The notes under the pieces are model-generated. The model had not been told where the DNA came from, did not search any database, and saw only the letters and a list, made by a program, of their open reading frames with translations. 34,206 nt of DNA, from NCBI GenBank assembly GCA_016209245.1, contig JACQWN010000071.1, positions 1 through 34,206 on the forward strand, in the 5' to 3' direction. Both the position numbers and the translations under genes were made by a program. Below are positions 1-9,671 of the stretch, in pieces (the stretch's first letter is position 1; every line of letters starts with the position of its first letter). Source of the stretch: Bacteroidia bacterium. GTDB taxonomy: Bacteria > Bacteroidota > Bacteroidia > Bacteroidales > BM523.

Positions 1-1506
1 CCGCTCTGTTATGGCGACAGTATTACCCTGCTCGCCCATAATGGTATTGATTATTTATGGAGTACATCTGATACAACTGCAGCGATTACTGTTTCTCCAT
101 CATTAACAACTACCTATTATGTAACGGTAACCGGTGCCAATACATGTATTGCTTACGACAGTGTAATTGTAATTGTAAATCAATTACCTGACGCAGATGC
201 GGGTCTTGATGTTGCAGTATGCTTTGGCGATTCGGCGGTACTGACAGCCACAGGCGGAATCGTTTATGAATGGAATACAGGGGATATGACCGAAACAATA
301 ATTGTTAGCCCGTTAATTAGCTTGGAATATTATGTTACGGTTACAGATATTAACAGTTGTACATCGTCCGACAGTATAAAGGTGACGGTAAATCAGCTAC
401 CTATTGCAGATGCAGGAGCAGATGCAACAATCTGCAGAGGCGATACTGCGACACTAACGGCGAGCGGTGGCATATCATATCAGTGGAGCGATGGAGCAAC
501 TACACAGCAAATAAATATAAGCCCGTATAATACAACAGAATATATAGTAACGGCAACTGATGTAAATACTTGTCACAACAGCGATTCGGTTGTTGTAACA
601 GTCAATTTTGTGGACACTGATATTGATTCGGTTCAGCCGGTATGTTATGGTGACAGTATTACCTTGCTCGCCCATAATGGTATTGATTATTTATGGAGTA
701 CATCTGATACAGCCGAAATGTGCGATGGTGACAGCATTTTCTTAGGCGGAGCATGGCAGACGGCGGGAGGCAGTTATTATGATACGCTTCCGGCTGTAAA
801 CGGTTGCGACAGCATTATTATTACGAACCTTACGGTTCAGCAGACGGCAGTCAGCAGTCAGCAGTCAACGATATGTGACGGGGATAGTATTTTCGTAGGA
901 GGCGGTTGGCAGTCGGCGGCAGGTAGTTATTACGACACGCTTCAGACAGTTTTTGGTTGCGACAGCATCATCATAACCGATCTGACCATTCTGGATTATC
1001 CGGTTGTTGATCTTGGTCCTGACGATAGTCTTTGCCATGAATATCCGTTGAGTATAATACTTGACGCAGGAAATCCGGGAGCTACTTATCTCTGGTACAA
1101 TGGAGAAACAACACAACAGTTGGAGATTTTTGCGTATACAATGAATGAGTTAAACTGGAATATAATCTGGGTTGATGTTAGTTACGGAATTTGTTCCGTC
1201 ATAGATACTATTTTAATTTGGGTTGATATATGTGAAGGTATCGAAAATACTCTATATTCCAAAAATATTATGATTTACCCTAATCCTAACAAAGGCACTT
1301 TTACCATATTTTTCACAGGTTATACAAAAAGCAATATTTATTTAGAACTTTTGAATCCCGAAAATCAGATAGTTTTAAGTAAAAATATTTTGTATTTATC
1401 TGAAGAACCTATTCTTATTGATATAAATAACCTGCCTGGCGGAATTTATTTTCTGAAAATAAAGATAAATTTCAATATTAAATATATAAAAGTAATAAAA
1501 CAGTAA
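1..1506 (+). CDS. Secreted cell-surface repeat protein with T9SS (Por) C-terminal sorting domain; 5' end outside the window
   Basis: Frame 1 is open from nt 1 (PLCYGDSITLLAHNGIDYLWSTSDT...) into listed ORF 286..1506. It has tandem Cys-containing Ig-like modules (C.GDS..L.A.GG..Y.WS.G). The C-terminus MIYPNPNKGTFTIFF...GGIYFLKIKI fits the T9SS CTD pattern. Confidence 0.8.
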   Translation, partial: PLCYGDSITLLAHNGIDYLWSTSDTTAAITVSPSLTTTYYVTVTGANTCIAYDSVIVIVNQLPDADAGLDVAVCFGDSAVLTATGGIVYEWNTGDMTETIIVSPLISLEYYVTVTDINSCTSSDSIKVTVNQLPIADAGADATICRGDTATLTASGGISYQWSDGATTQQINISPYNTTEYIVTATDVNTCHNSDSVVVTVNFVDTDIDSVQPVCYGDSITLLAHNGIDYLWSTSDTAEMCDGDSIFLGGAWQTAGGSYYDTLPAVNGCDSIIITNLTVQQTAVSSQQSTICDGDSIFVGGGWQSAAGSYYDTLQTVFGCDSIIITDLTILDYPVVDLGPDDSLCHEYPLSIILDAGNPGATYLWYNGETTQQLEIFAYTMNELNWNIIWVDVSYGICSVIDTILIWVDICEGIENTLYSKNIMIYPNPNKGTFTIFFTGYTKSNIYLELLNPENQIVLSKNILYLSEEPILIDINNLPGGIYFLKIKINFNIKYIKVIKQ

Positions 1507-1523
1507 GGTCAGGTGGTCTGAAT

Positions 1524-3965
1524 TTAAATCTTTAGCCCCATCACCGTTATATCATCAGTCTGCTCAAAAGAATGTCCTGTTTCATGATTGATAAATGACA
1601 TCCAATTTATTATAGCCGTTTCAATGATTTCTTTCTGTACATTCATTGGTTTATCAGCTACAGATAACAGTAATTCCTTTAATCTTGCCGCTTTGAATTT
1701 CTTGCCTTTTTCGCCACCAAACTGGTCGGCGAATCCGTCTGACATCAGATATAAAGTATCTCCTTTATGTAATTCTATAATATGTTCGGTGAAATCTTCC
1801 ATTTTTACATGAATAGCAACAGGCATTTTATCGCCTTTGATCTCTTTTAATTCAAACGTTTGCTTTGCAAACGTTTGAATTAAAAATAAAGGGTTGTTCG
1901 CTCCTGCAAATTGTAACCGAATGGTAGAGACGTACGGCTGTACGTCTATACCATTCGGTTTCTCAATCGCACACAAAGCAATATCCATCCCGTCTTTAAC
2001 ACTTAACTCATTTGACATATTGTCATCGCTAATATCCCGTTGATGTAACGATTCAACAATATATTTCCTTGTTTGATTTAATACTTCGCTTGTCTTTGTT
2101 ACCTCCTCCTTCTTGACAATTTCATTTAAAATGGAGATACATAACATGCTCAAAAATGCACCCGGTACGCCATGTCCGGTGCAATCGCCCACACAGAAGA
2201 TAATCCATTTGTTGACCGTTGTACCCCAATAAAAATCACCGGAAACAACATCTTTGGGCTTGAAAAGCACAAAGTAATCTATAAATGTTTCACATTTGGC
2301 AAATGTGAAACATTTAACAAGGTCAGGCAGCATCGCCTGTTGTATCCTTTTTGCATAATTAATACTATCAGTTAATTCTTTATGGATAAATGTTATTTCA
2401 TCCTTTTGTCTTGTTACCAAATCCCTTTGCGCCTGAATTTCGTCACGCTGGTGTGATATCTTTTCATTTTTTTGGCTTATTTCAATATTTTGCTTGGCAA
2501 GTAAAATATTCGCTTTTTTCTTGGCATGATATTGCCTGTAAAGCAGGACAGAAAAAATAAATATCATAATGAAGCCAAGTACAAAAGAATAAATCATAAT
2601 TCTTTGTTTCTTCATGGCTTCTTCTTTTCTGGCAAGCTCGGCCGACTGAAGCGCTTTTTCTTTATTAAGATTATCAACTTCGAGCTGTTTTTTTTCAGTT
2701 TGATATCTTGCTTCCATTACTTCTATCTGCTTGTTTTTTTGGATATTATACAGACTATCTTTTGCGTTTGTATATAAAATATGGTATTCAAGCGATTTTT
2801 TATAATCGCCCAACCCTTGATATGCTTTCGAAAGGGAAAAGTATCCAAATTTTATCTCGTTCAAAGCATTTATTGATTGTGCTAATTGAAGTGAACTTTC
2901 AGCGCAATCAACCGCTTTGTCATAATAAATTTTCCCATCGCTTTGATTCGAAGATTTATCTCCTGCGGTATTATATAACTCGGCCATATTACCCAGCACA
3001 ATAGCTTCCCCCTGCCTGTCACCTGTTTTTTTAAATAAATTATATGCCTGTGTGTATGTTTCCGTCGCCTTTTCAAAGTTTCCCTGATAAAAATAAATCA
3101 TACCGATATTAGCATAGCACATAGCAGCATCTTTTTCATCGCCTATTTCTTTATCTATTTCAAACGCCTTCAAATAGTGCTCAACAGCCGAATTATATTC
3201 ACCCTGCATCTGTATTATTAATCCAAGGTTATTATAACAATATGCCACACCTTTTTTATTACCCAGCTCTTCATTTATTTTGAGCGCTTTTTTGAAATAA
3301 TCTGCCGCCTTTGTCAAATTCCCCTGCTTTTGGTGAATACCACCGATATTGTTATAACACAATGCTATTCCTTTTTTATCCCCGAACTCCTCATATATAT
3401 TCAGCGATTTTTGATAGTTTTCGATTGCCATAGGGTATTCTCCCTGCATAAAATACACATTTCCAATATTTGAAAAACAATTTGCAACCCCCTTTTTGTC
3501 ATTCAGAGCGATATATTTTTTTAAGGCATGCTGAAATGATGAAATAGCATCGGGATAATTTCTCTGATTATAAAACACAAGGCCGGTGTTAAATGTGCAT
3601 GCTGCAATTCCATTTTTATCACTTATTTCATTATATATCCGCTTTGATTGTTCATAAAAATCAACAGCTTCACGGTACTCGTGCCTGATATCATAAATTA
3701 TCCCTATAGATTTTAAAGACAGCGCCATATAATGCTTATTTTCTGCCTTCTTTGCTATATTATATGCCTTTTGGTAATAAAATAAACTGCTATCCTGATT
3801 TGTTGCACGGTAGAGATTTCCAATATCAAGCAATGCCTTTATTTGTACTGTATCCTGATTTGTGGTTTTTAACAGAGATTTCAGGCTGTCTATTTTTGTT
3901 TGTCCCGATACACTAAATGTAAATAATATAAGGAAGAATATTTTTATTAATCTAAGTATAAACAT
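1524..3965 (-). CDS. TPR-repeat, single-pass membrane SpoIIE/PP2C-family serine phosphatase (intact paralog)
   Basis: 813-aa ORF with a signal-like N-terminus, about 9 TPR-like repeats, TM segment IMIYSFVLGFIMIFIFSVLLY and a coiled coil. PP2C motifs follow: SGDFYW, GDCTGHGVPGAF, DGMDIALC, SDGFADQFGG, TDDITVMG. Confidence 0.85.
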   Translation of the reverse strand: MFILRLIKIFFLILFTFSVSGQTKIDSLKSLLKTTNQDTVQIKALLDIGNLYRATNQDSSLFYYQKAYNIAKKAENKHYMALSLKSIGIIYDIRHEYREAVDFYEQSKRIYNEISDKNGIAACTFNTGLVFYNQRNYPDAISSFQHALKKYIALNDKKGVANCFSNIGNVYFMQGEYPMAIENYQKSLNIYEEFGDKKGIALCYNNIGGIHQKQGNLTKAADYFKKALKINEELGNKKGVAYCYNNLGLIIQMQGEYNSAVEHYLKAFEIDKEIGDEKDAAMCYANIGMIYFYQGNFEKATETYTQAYNLFKKTGDRQGEAIVLGNMAELYNTAGDKSSNQSDGKIYYDKAVDCAESSLQLAQSINALNEIKFGYFSLSKAYQGLGDYKKSLEYHILYTNAKDSLYNIQKNKQIEVMEARYQTEKKQLEVDNLNKEKALQSAELARKEEAMKKQRIMIYSFVLGFIMIFIFSVLLYRQYHAKKKANILLAKQNIEISQKNEKISHQRDEIQAQRDLVTRQKDEITFIHKELTDSINYAKRIQQAMLPDLVKCFTFAKCETFIDYFVLFKPKDVVSGDFYWGTTVNKWIIFCVGDCTGHGVPGAFLSMLCISILNEIVKKEEVTKTSEVLNQTRKYIVESLHQRDISDDNMSNELSVKDGMDIALCAIEKPNGIDVQPYVSTIRLQFAGANNPLFLIQTFAKQTFELKEIKGDKMPVAIHVKMEDFTEHIIELHKGDTLYLMSDGFADQFGGEKGKKFKAARLKELLLSVADKPMNVQKEIIETAIINWMSFINHETGHSFEQTDDITVMGLKI

Positions 3966-4085
3966 AGTAATTTGATATTTTTTCGCAAGATAGGAAAAAT
4001 TAAAACAAAAAATTATTAGTTTTGTAACCTAAAAAAAATTATCAGCATAAAAAGAAATAGATACAATTATTGACATATTTCTGCT

Positions 4086-4274
4086 ATGAAAAATGAAGCT
4101 AAAAAGGAATTGGGGAAGTTGTGCATGGACATAGCCAAAATATTATTTGGCGGTATTGTATTAACATCTGTAATAAAGATTGAAGGTATCTCAAAAATAT
4201 TTTTAATAATAGTCGGAATAATAGTAGTTTTGATATTTATTTGGTTAGGTTATAAACTGATTAAAAATAATTAA
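4086..4274 (+). CDS. Small two-TM membrane protein, unknown function
   Basis: 62-aa ORF with two hydrophobic helices (ILFGGIVLTSVI; IFLIIVGIIVVLIFIWLGY), in an intergenic gap with no competing ORF. Confidence 0.4.
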   Translation: MKNEAKKELGKLCMDIAKILFGGIVLTSVIKIEGISKIFLIIVGIIVVLIFIWLGYKLIKNN

Positions 4275-4277
4275 TAT

Positions 4278-4382
4278 ATGGAAGCTTTGATTTTATATAT
4301 CACAGTTGGTGCAATAGGTTTAATCATTTTAGGTTATCTTTTAATATTTGATAAACCGAAACCTAAAGAACATACAAATTAA
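4278..4382 (+). CDS. Possible 34-aa single-TM peptide
   Basis: ATG lies 3 nt after the stop of 4086..4274. Translates MEALILYITVGAIGLIILGYLLIFDKPKPKEHTN. Below the ORF-track cutoff, so found by hand translation. Confidence 0.25.
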   Translation: MEALILYITVGAIGLIILGYLLIFDKPKPKEHTN

Positions 4383-4435
4383 GGTAGTTTCATCTTCGTA
4401 GTTCGTAAGCGTTGCATTGCGATGCATTGAGTTTG

Positions 4436-4479
4436 TCGAAATGAGCTTGTCGAAATGAGTTTATCGAAATGTCGAAATG
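4436..4479. repeat. Four direct copies of TCGAAATG (spacing 14, 14, 8 nt) upstream of the 4557 adhesin gene
   Basis: TCGAAATG at 4436, 4450, 4464 and 4472. The first two sit in a 14-nt tandem unit TTGTCGAAATGAGC/T. Confidence 0.6.
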
Positions 4480-4556
4480 TTCGTATTTTTTTCGTGCTTC
4501 GATGGTGTGAATAGTCACAAAAATACCAATTTTGAAAAGCCAAATTATTAAAATTT

Positions 4557-6950
4557 ATGTCTATGAAAAAACATTTACTCTTTTCAGCATTAATGGTATT
4601 AACCATTAGCATTTGTTACGGACAGGATTTTACTGCCGTTCAAAATGGAAACTGGAGCAGCAACTCTACATGGGGCGGGCTTGGTCCTGGAAATAATGTC
4701 AATGGTCTGAAGGATGTTATTATTCCTGCAGGTATTACAGTAACTCTCGATATTGACGTTGAGGTTAACACTAACCGCAAAATACAGATTGATGGTGTTC
4801 TGGACGGACCTGACCATGGAATAACCCTCAGTGGCGGCAATCTTGAAGGGACAGGGACAATTCTCCTTGACATTCTTGATTGTGGACTTAGCAGCAATAT
4901 TTCTTTGGGACCTGGAGGCGACCTGACCGCCAATTCCCTTTCAAATCAAGCCAATATTCTTAATTTTACAGAGGGCAACCATCACATCCTTGGCGTATTG
5001 ATTCTGACGGCAGGAGTAATACGGCTGACCGATAATGCTCTCCTTTCCCTTACAGATACAACATGGCTTGAAATGTGCGGAGGTCGTATTCGTAACCAGA
5101 CCGTAAATGATATTACAACGAATCTGAATGTCCGTCTTTCCCTTAATGCCGATTCCCTTGCCAATGACCTGAGCCTAGGTGAGGCAGTGTTTGGAGATAT
5201 TCAGCTTAATTTTATTGACCCCAACCACGAAATAATATTAGGCGAAGACATTATCGTTAATGGTTCGCTAGACCTCGAAAGCGGCATTCTCGACCTGGCA
5301 GGAAACGATATTGAAATAAATGGTAACTTCACCACTAACCAAGGGCGTTTTAAAGGAAATGCCTCATCGGGCATCACTGCTAATGGTGGCGGCAGCTTCG
5401 ACGCTTTTGACTTTTTACCGTCTTTCAACTTCCTTTCCGAGCTTAATATCAACCGCGATACTTTGTTTTCGGTAACATTAGCCGGACCGCTTCAGATATT
5501 CGACACTCTTTCGCTCCTTGAAGGCGAGCTCGAGCTTCCCGGCGATACTCTTGCCATTAGCGGCTTCATTCATTCACACCAAGGAATGTTTACGGGTAAT
5601 CCTTTATCCACAATTCTTATTCAAGGATTAGATAGCGGTGGAGTGTTTAGCTTCAAACCCGGACGCGATACTATTAATAATCTTATCATTAACCGTGAAA
5701 GCTCCGGATTAAAACAAAATCTTCCAACCGGAAAAGTCGGACTGATTTCAAACTTAACTATCAATAATAATTTGCTTATTAATAGCGGAATGTTATTCGT
5801 TGTTAATACTGGTCAATATGGAAAAGCCGCCCCGAGTTCAAAAACGGTAACGGTCAAGGGTACTGCCGAGCTGAATGGAATGGTAGGAATTGCTACTACG
5901 GGACCGGTTAAAACTTTGCTCGATACAGTTAATATTATTTTGAACGGCGATTTTATCACAACGGCATTGGGAAAATTCGTTGGCTCTGAACAGTTAAATC
6001 TGCTCATTGCAAATACCGGCTTGCTTGATACATTTAGCTTTGCGGCAGGGTATGATACTTTGGGAATATTTTCCCTTGCTCGTGAAAACGGGATGCTCAC
6101 ACTCGGAAGTAATCTGGCTATTGATAGTCTGTTGACATTGGCAAACGGATATATTAATCTTAATGTTTATGATTTATTCCTCGACAGCCATACAGAAGTG
6201 GCAGGATTCTGGCAAGGCAGCTATATCATCACAAGCGATACAGGAAGTCTTATACGGAATATTCAGAGTTTAGGCGAGGAATTTGTTTTTCCTGTCGGAA
6301 CACTTGCATCTTATGCTCCCGGTGCATTGACACTTGAAAATGGTTCGGGCTTGGGAGATTTTGGTTTAAGAGTATTTGATGGCGTATTTCAGGATGGCTA
6401 TTCAGGCGCTTTACTGTCTGACTCTCTTGCAGTAGTTGATTTGACATGGGATTTCAGCACCGATGCAATCGCTCCGTTAGCAAACATAATGCTCGAATGG
6501 TTTCCTGAAGATGAAGTAAATGGATTTGACACCAGTCAGTGCTATATCAGCCATTATTCCGACAGCACCTGGGATGTTCAGGATTCACTGCCGGCAACAC
6601 CTACCGATTCCGGCTCATATTTTACAACCCGCAGCATGTCAGCACCATCAGGATCTTTTGTAATAACAAGCGAAACCCTTGAAATGCATATCAGTGAAAA
6701 TACCGTTCCTGTCAAATCTGATATCTTTATATATCCAAATCCATCAGGAAATACATTAAATATTAGCATTGCAAGCGAAGCTAAAATGGATATTATTGAT
6801 ATTACAGGTAAATTAGCTTCGACATATCAGTTAAATAACCAAACTAAAACACTTAACCTGTCAAATTTAAGCAATGGTGAGTATTTATGTAGGATTAGCT
6901 ATACCGGTTCTGGTAAAACTGATACTTTCAAATTATTAATTACAAAATAA
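4557..6950 (+). CDS. Secreted beta-helix-type adhesin-like protein with T9SS C-terminal sorting domain
   Basis: 797-aa ORF with signal peptide MKKHLLFSALMVLTISICYG and N-terminal cap motif FTAVQNGNWSSNSTWGG, shared with the giant protein at 10092. Repetitive G/N/L/T-rich body. C-terminus IFIYPNPSGNTLNISI...GEYLCRISY fits the T9SS CTD. Start could be 4557 or 4563. Confidence 0.85.
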   Translation: MSMKKHLLFSALMVLTISICYGQDFTAVQNGNWSSNSTWGGLGPGNNVNGLKDVIIPAGITVTLDIDVEVNTNRKIQIDGVLDGPDHGITLSGGNLEGTGTILLDILDCGLSSNISLGPGGDLTANSLSNQANILNFTEGNHHILGVLILTAGVIRLTDNALLSLTDTTWLEMCGGRIRNQTVNDITTNLNVRLSLNADSLANDLSLGEAVFGDIQLNFIDPNHEIILGEDIIVNGSLDLESGILDLAGNDIEINGNFTTNQGRFKGNASSGITANGGGSFDAFDFLPSFNFLSELNINRDTLFSVTLAGPLQIFDTLSLLEGELELPGDTLAISGFIHSHQGMFTGNPLSTILIQGLDSGGVFSFKPGRDTINNLIINRESSGLKQNLPTGKVGLISNLTINNNLLINSGMLFVVNTGQYGKAAPSSKTVTVKGTAELNGMVGIATTGPVKTLLDTVNIILNGDFITTALGKFVGSEQLNLLIANTGLLDTFSFAAGYDTLGIFSLARENGMLTLGSNLAIDSLLTLANGYINLNVYDLFLDSHTEVAGFWQGSYIITSDTGSLIRNIQSLGEEFVFPVGTLASYAPGALTLENGSGLGDFGLRVFDGVFQDGYSGALLSDSLAVVDLTWDFSTDAIAPLANIMLEWFPEDEVNGFDTSQCYISHYSDSTWDVQDSLPATPTDSGSYFTTRSMSAPSGSFVITSETLEMHISENTVPVKSDIFIYPNPSGNTLNISIASEAKMDIIDITGKLASTYQLNNQTKTLNLSNLSNGEYLCRISYTGSGKTDTFKLLITK

Positions 6951-6986
6951 AAATAGAGTCCCCTCTAAAAAGCCATTTTTGTTTAA

Positions 6987-7040
6987 CCGCAGAGTTATTT
7001 CGTTAAAAAAAATTTTTTTCAACGAAATAACTCTGTGGTA
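6987..7040. terminator. Hairpin terminator candidate (19-bp stem with one G:U, A8/T9 loop)
   Basis: ACCGCAGAGTTATTTCGTT (6987..7005) pairs with AACGAAATAACTCTGTGGT (7022..7040), about 37 nt after the stop at 6950. Confidence 0.6.
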
Positions 7041-7373
7041 AAATTTTGAGTTCTTGCTCTTGTCTTATAAAAAAATACGAAAAAACACTAATATAAAATA
7101 CGTATTTTCAACAATTGACAATGCTTTAATAATAGTTTATATTTGCATTATAAAAATGTTATCTCAAATAATCATTTGTCTGAAGATGAGACACTTAAAA
7201 ATATATAGCTATAGCATAAAAATATTTATTAATAAAATTTCCATATTTTTTTAACATTTTGTAACAAAAATTTTATTTATTCGTAGAAACATATAAAAGC
7301 AAATGTAATTGTCTAAGCAATAAAAAATAAAAATACGTAAAAAATATCAGATTTACTTACAAACTAATACAAT

Positions 7374-7901
7374 ATGCTAACTCTTGAAAAAACACAAACC
7401 ATTGACGACTTCAAAAAAATTGAAGAAGGAAAATATTGTCAATTAATAAACGGAGAAATAATAATGTCACCATCACCATCAACAAAACACCAGCGCATCA
7501 GTAAAAGAATTTTTAAAAAGATTGATGCTTATGTAGAAGAAAACTATTTAGGCGAAACATTTTACGCGCCAATAGATGTTTACTTTGACGAAGAAAACGC
7601 CTTTGAACCCGATATCCTCTTTGTTTCAAAAGAAAGATTAGATATAATCAAGGAAGACGGCATCTATGGCGCTCCAGACCTTGTCATTGAAATCCTCTCG
7701 CTATCCAACAGTTATCACGACACTAAAACTAAGAAGAAAATTTATGAAAAATACGGCGTGAAAGAATACTGGCTCGTTGACCCGATGGACGGCGAAGCTA
7801 TCGGTTTCAAAAATGAAAATGGAAAATTTATTGAGTTTTACAAAGGAACCGGCGAATTTACAATTAAATTACTAAGTCTGAAAATAGAATTTGTTTTTTA
7901 A
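7374..7901 (+). CDS. Uma2 family (DUF820) PD-(D/E)xK-type endonuclease
   Basis: 175 aa. Family-typical motifs QLINGEIIMSPSPSTKHQ, EPDILFV, GAPDLVIEILSLSN, KKKIYEKYGVKEYWLVDP. Confidence 0.85.
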   Translation: MLTLEKTQTIDDFKKIEEGKYCQLINGEIIMSPSPSTKHQRISKRIFKKIDAYVEENYLGETFYAPIDVYFDEENAFEPDILFVSKERLDIIKEDGIYGAPDLVIEILSLSNSYHDTKTKKKIYEKYGVKEYWLVDPMDGEAIGFKNENGKFIEFYKGTGEFTIKLLSLKIEFVF

Positions 7902-7917
7902 TTAAAATATTAAATAT

Positions 7918-8310
7918 ATGAAACCAGTACAAAAAATTACAATCGCAACAAAAGATAAAAAAAGCAGAACATTAGAAGCGCTTTTTGACAGCGGTTCATT
8001 TTACAATATTATCCGGAAGGACTCACTTCCCGAAACCCGATTTGCTAATTATTACGACGAACCTTGTGAATTTGGCACAGCAGCAATAGATAAAAAGTTT
8101 CAAATTATTGGTGAAGTTTCGCTTATAATGGAAATTGACAACCGCCGATTTGATGATATAGTCTTGATTTCTGAACAACTGTCATTAGAAATGATTATTG
8201 GTGCCAAAACAATGCAGGGATGGGATATTTCAATTGTTAATGAAAATGGACATACAAAAATTAAAGTAGGCCGCGATATGCGCGACCCTGATATAACAAC
8301 AATTGTGTAA
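7918..8310 (+). CDS. Retropepsin-like (clan AA) single-domain aspartic protease
   Basis: 130 aa. Catalytic-type motif ALFDSGSFYNII and downstream hydrophobic-hydrophobic-Gly motif EMIIGAKTMQGWDI. Paralogous to 9274..9669. Confidence 0.7.
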   Translation: MKPVQKITIATKDKKSRTLEALFDSGSFYNIIRKDSLPETRFANYYDEPCEFGTAAIDKKFQIIGEVSLIMEIDNRRFDDIVLISEQLSLEMIIGAKTMQGWDISIVNENGHTKIKVGRDMRDPDITTIV

Positions 8311-8315
8311 CAATT

Positions 8316-8702
8316 ATGGAATACACAGAACTCATACAACAATCGGAACGCTATCTGCAAAATGCGCAGGATACCCTGAAAAAAGCAGGCAGGGAAGATG
8401 GCTATTACAAAGATGAAAAATATGTGAAAAGCGCCTGCGGCACCGCCTATCTTGCCGCATTGCTGGCAACGGATGCTTTTCTGGCAAAATACGGCAAAAA
8501 AGTTCCGGAAAAAAAAGGGCGCAGACATGCCGATAATTACAGAGAACTCCTCACAAAACAAAACAAAAAAGTGCTAAATAGTTTCAATGCGGCTTATTAT
8601 GGGTTCCATATAGATGGTTATTATGGAGGAGTTTTAAAAGCAAATATCATTAAAGGATGGTTTGAAGCCCTTGAAGAACTGATTAATGAAGCTAAAAAAT
8701 GA
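8316..8702 (+). CDS. Small all-helical protein, DUF5618-like (tentative family call)
   Basis: 128 aa, 5 nt after the protease gene. The pattern Y.DEKYVKSACGTAYLAALLATDAFL...KG.R....Y...L.K.NKK.L..F..AY..FH..GYYGG resembles DUF5618 proteins as I recall them. No clean HEPN Rx4-6H motif seen. Confidence 0.55.
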   Translation: MEYTELIQQSERYLQNAQDTLKKAGREDGYYKDEKYVKSACGTAYLAALLATDAFLAKYGKKVPEKKGRRHADNYRELLTKQNKKVLNSFNAAYYGFHIDGYYGGVLKANIIKGWFEALEELINEAKK

Positions 8703-8815
8703 ATTTTATTAATAAACATATTATCTATCTCAAAATACCTGCACTGTTTGTAGTGATTTTATCAAACATTTCAGATATTAATGTTAAAAAGTTAAAAAAA
8801 ATGTTATACTGTTAA
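8699..8815 (+). pseudogene. Decayed copy A of the giant-adhesin 5' leader / signal peptide
   Basis: ATG overlaps the stop of 8316..8702 (ATGA). Translates MNFINKHIIYLKIPALFVVILSNISD... then stops. Compare the giant gene start MNFKHTYQPKFKITALFAALLLLANS. Confidence 0.5.
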
Positions 8816-8827
8816 AAACTTTTTACT

Positions 8828-9137
8828 ATGAAACAAAAGATTATTGAAAAAGTCCCTGGTTATGTAAAAGACCTGTTGCTACCGGAACTTAAAGAGCTGA
8901 AAAGCGATGTGAAAGAGGTGAGAAGTGAAATGAAAGAAGTGAGAATAGAAATGAAAGAAGTAAAAGGTTGACGGCTTACAAGCATCTTTTGATGCTAAGT
9001 TTGATGGAATGAAGACATCCTTTGACGCAAAATTTGAAGGACTGAATCATAAAGACGAAGCTATAAAAATTTATGCCGAAGCGACTAAAATGCTCATTGA
9101 AGAAATACGAGACCAACGCAGAAAAAATAACTGTTAA
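8828..9137 (+). pseudogene. Coiled-coil protein gene with an apparent +1 frameshift
   Basis: 8828..8971 encodes MKQKIIEKVPGYVKDLLLPELKELKSDVKEVRSEMKEVRIEMKEVKG then TGA. From 8970 the next frame continues in the same repeat style (DGLQASFDAKFDGMKTSFDAKFEGLNHKDEAIKIYAEATKMLIEEIRDQRRKNNC, stop 9135..9137). Deleting one T of GGTT at 8966..8969 joins them. Confidence 0.5.
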
Positions 9138-9162
9138 ACAATGACGATTTATGATTTAAAAC

Positions 9163-9258
9163 ATGAACACAATATTTAAATACATACTTAAACCCAAAAC
9201 CCCCGCCCTGTTTGCGGTGCTTTTATCACATTTTTCAGTCATTTTATTAAATTATTAA
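9163..9258 (+). pseudogene. Decayed copy B of the giant-adhesin 5' leader / signal peptide
   Basis: Translates MNTIFKYILKPKTPALFAVLLSHFSVILLNY then stops. Nt 9203..9224 (CCGCCCTGTTTGCGGTGCTTTT) matches 10132..10153 of the giant gene at 21 of 22 positions. Confidence 0.55.
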
Positions 9259-9273
9259 ATAAAATATAAAATT

Positions 9274-9669
9274 ATGGGCAGAGTCAGACAATATATTGAA
9301 GTAGGCGACAATAAACACTGGGCTTTATTTGACAGCGGAGCACGAAACACTTATGTTACAAAAGAAGTGGCGGCTAATCTTCCAAGATTTCAATTAGACA
9401 CGCCAAATCCGGTTGCGCTTGGCGGAAAAGTTCATTATGTAAATGAAGATTGCCGTTTAGTATGCAAAATAAAGGGATGTGAAATCCGTGCTAATGTACT
9501 TGTTCTTGACAGCATTGGGGAAGACGATGATGGAAAACCTGTTGAAGTACTTATTGGTGCAATCACTATGCAAAATTGGGGAATCGCCCTTTTCCCTGAA
9601 AAAGAAGACGTGGACATGAGCAATTATCCTAAAGAATTTGTTGAATTTTTAACCGTTAAAACACAATAA
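9274..9669 (+). CDS. Retropepsin-like (clan AA) single-domain aspartic protease
   Basis: 131 aa. Motifs WALFDSGARNTYV and EVLIGAITMQNWGIAL, the same motif pair as 7918..8310. Confidence 0.7.
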   Translation: MGRVRQYIEVGDNKHWALFDSGARNTYVTKEVAANLPRFQLDTPNPVALGGKVHYVNEDCRLVCKIKGCEIRANVLVLDSIGEDDDGKPVEVLIGAITMQNWGIALFPEKEDVDMSNYPKEFVEFLTVKTQ

Positions 9670-9671
9670 GC

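Noticed and set aside
4379-4612. 77-aa minus-strand ORF spanning the TCGAAATG repeat tract
   Set aside because: It overlaps the start and signal peptide of the well-supported 4557 gene. Its sequence merely translates the tandem repeat (FRHFDKLISTSSFRQ).
7054-7254. 66-aa ORF in the AT-rich spacer upstream of the Uma2 gene
   Set aside because: It is a low-complexity I/K/N-rich translation of AT-rich intergenic DNA and shows no recognisable motif.
8100-8561. 153-aa minus-strand ORF
   Set aside because: It is antisense to two plus-strand genes (retropepsin and helical protein) that have clear family motifs and tight spacing.
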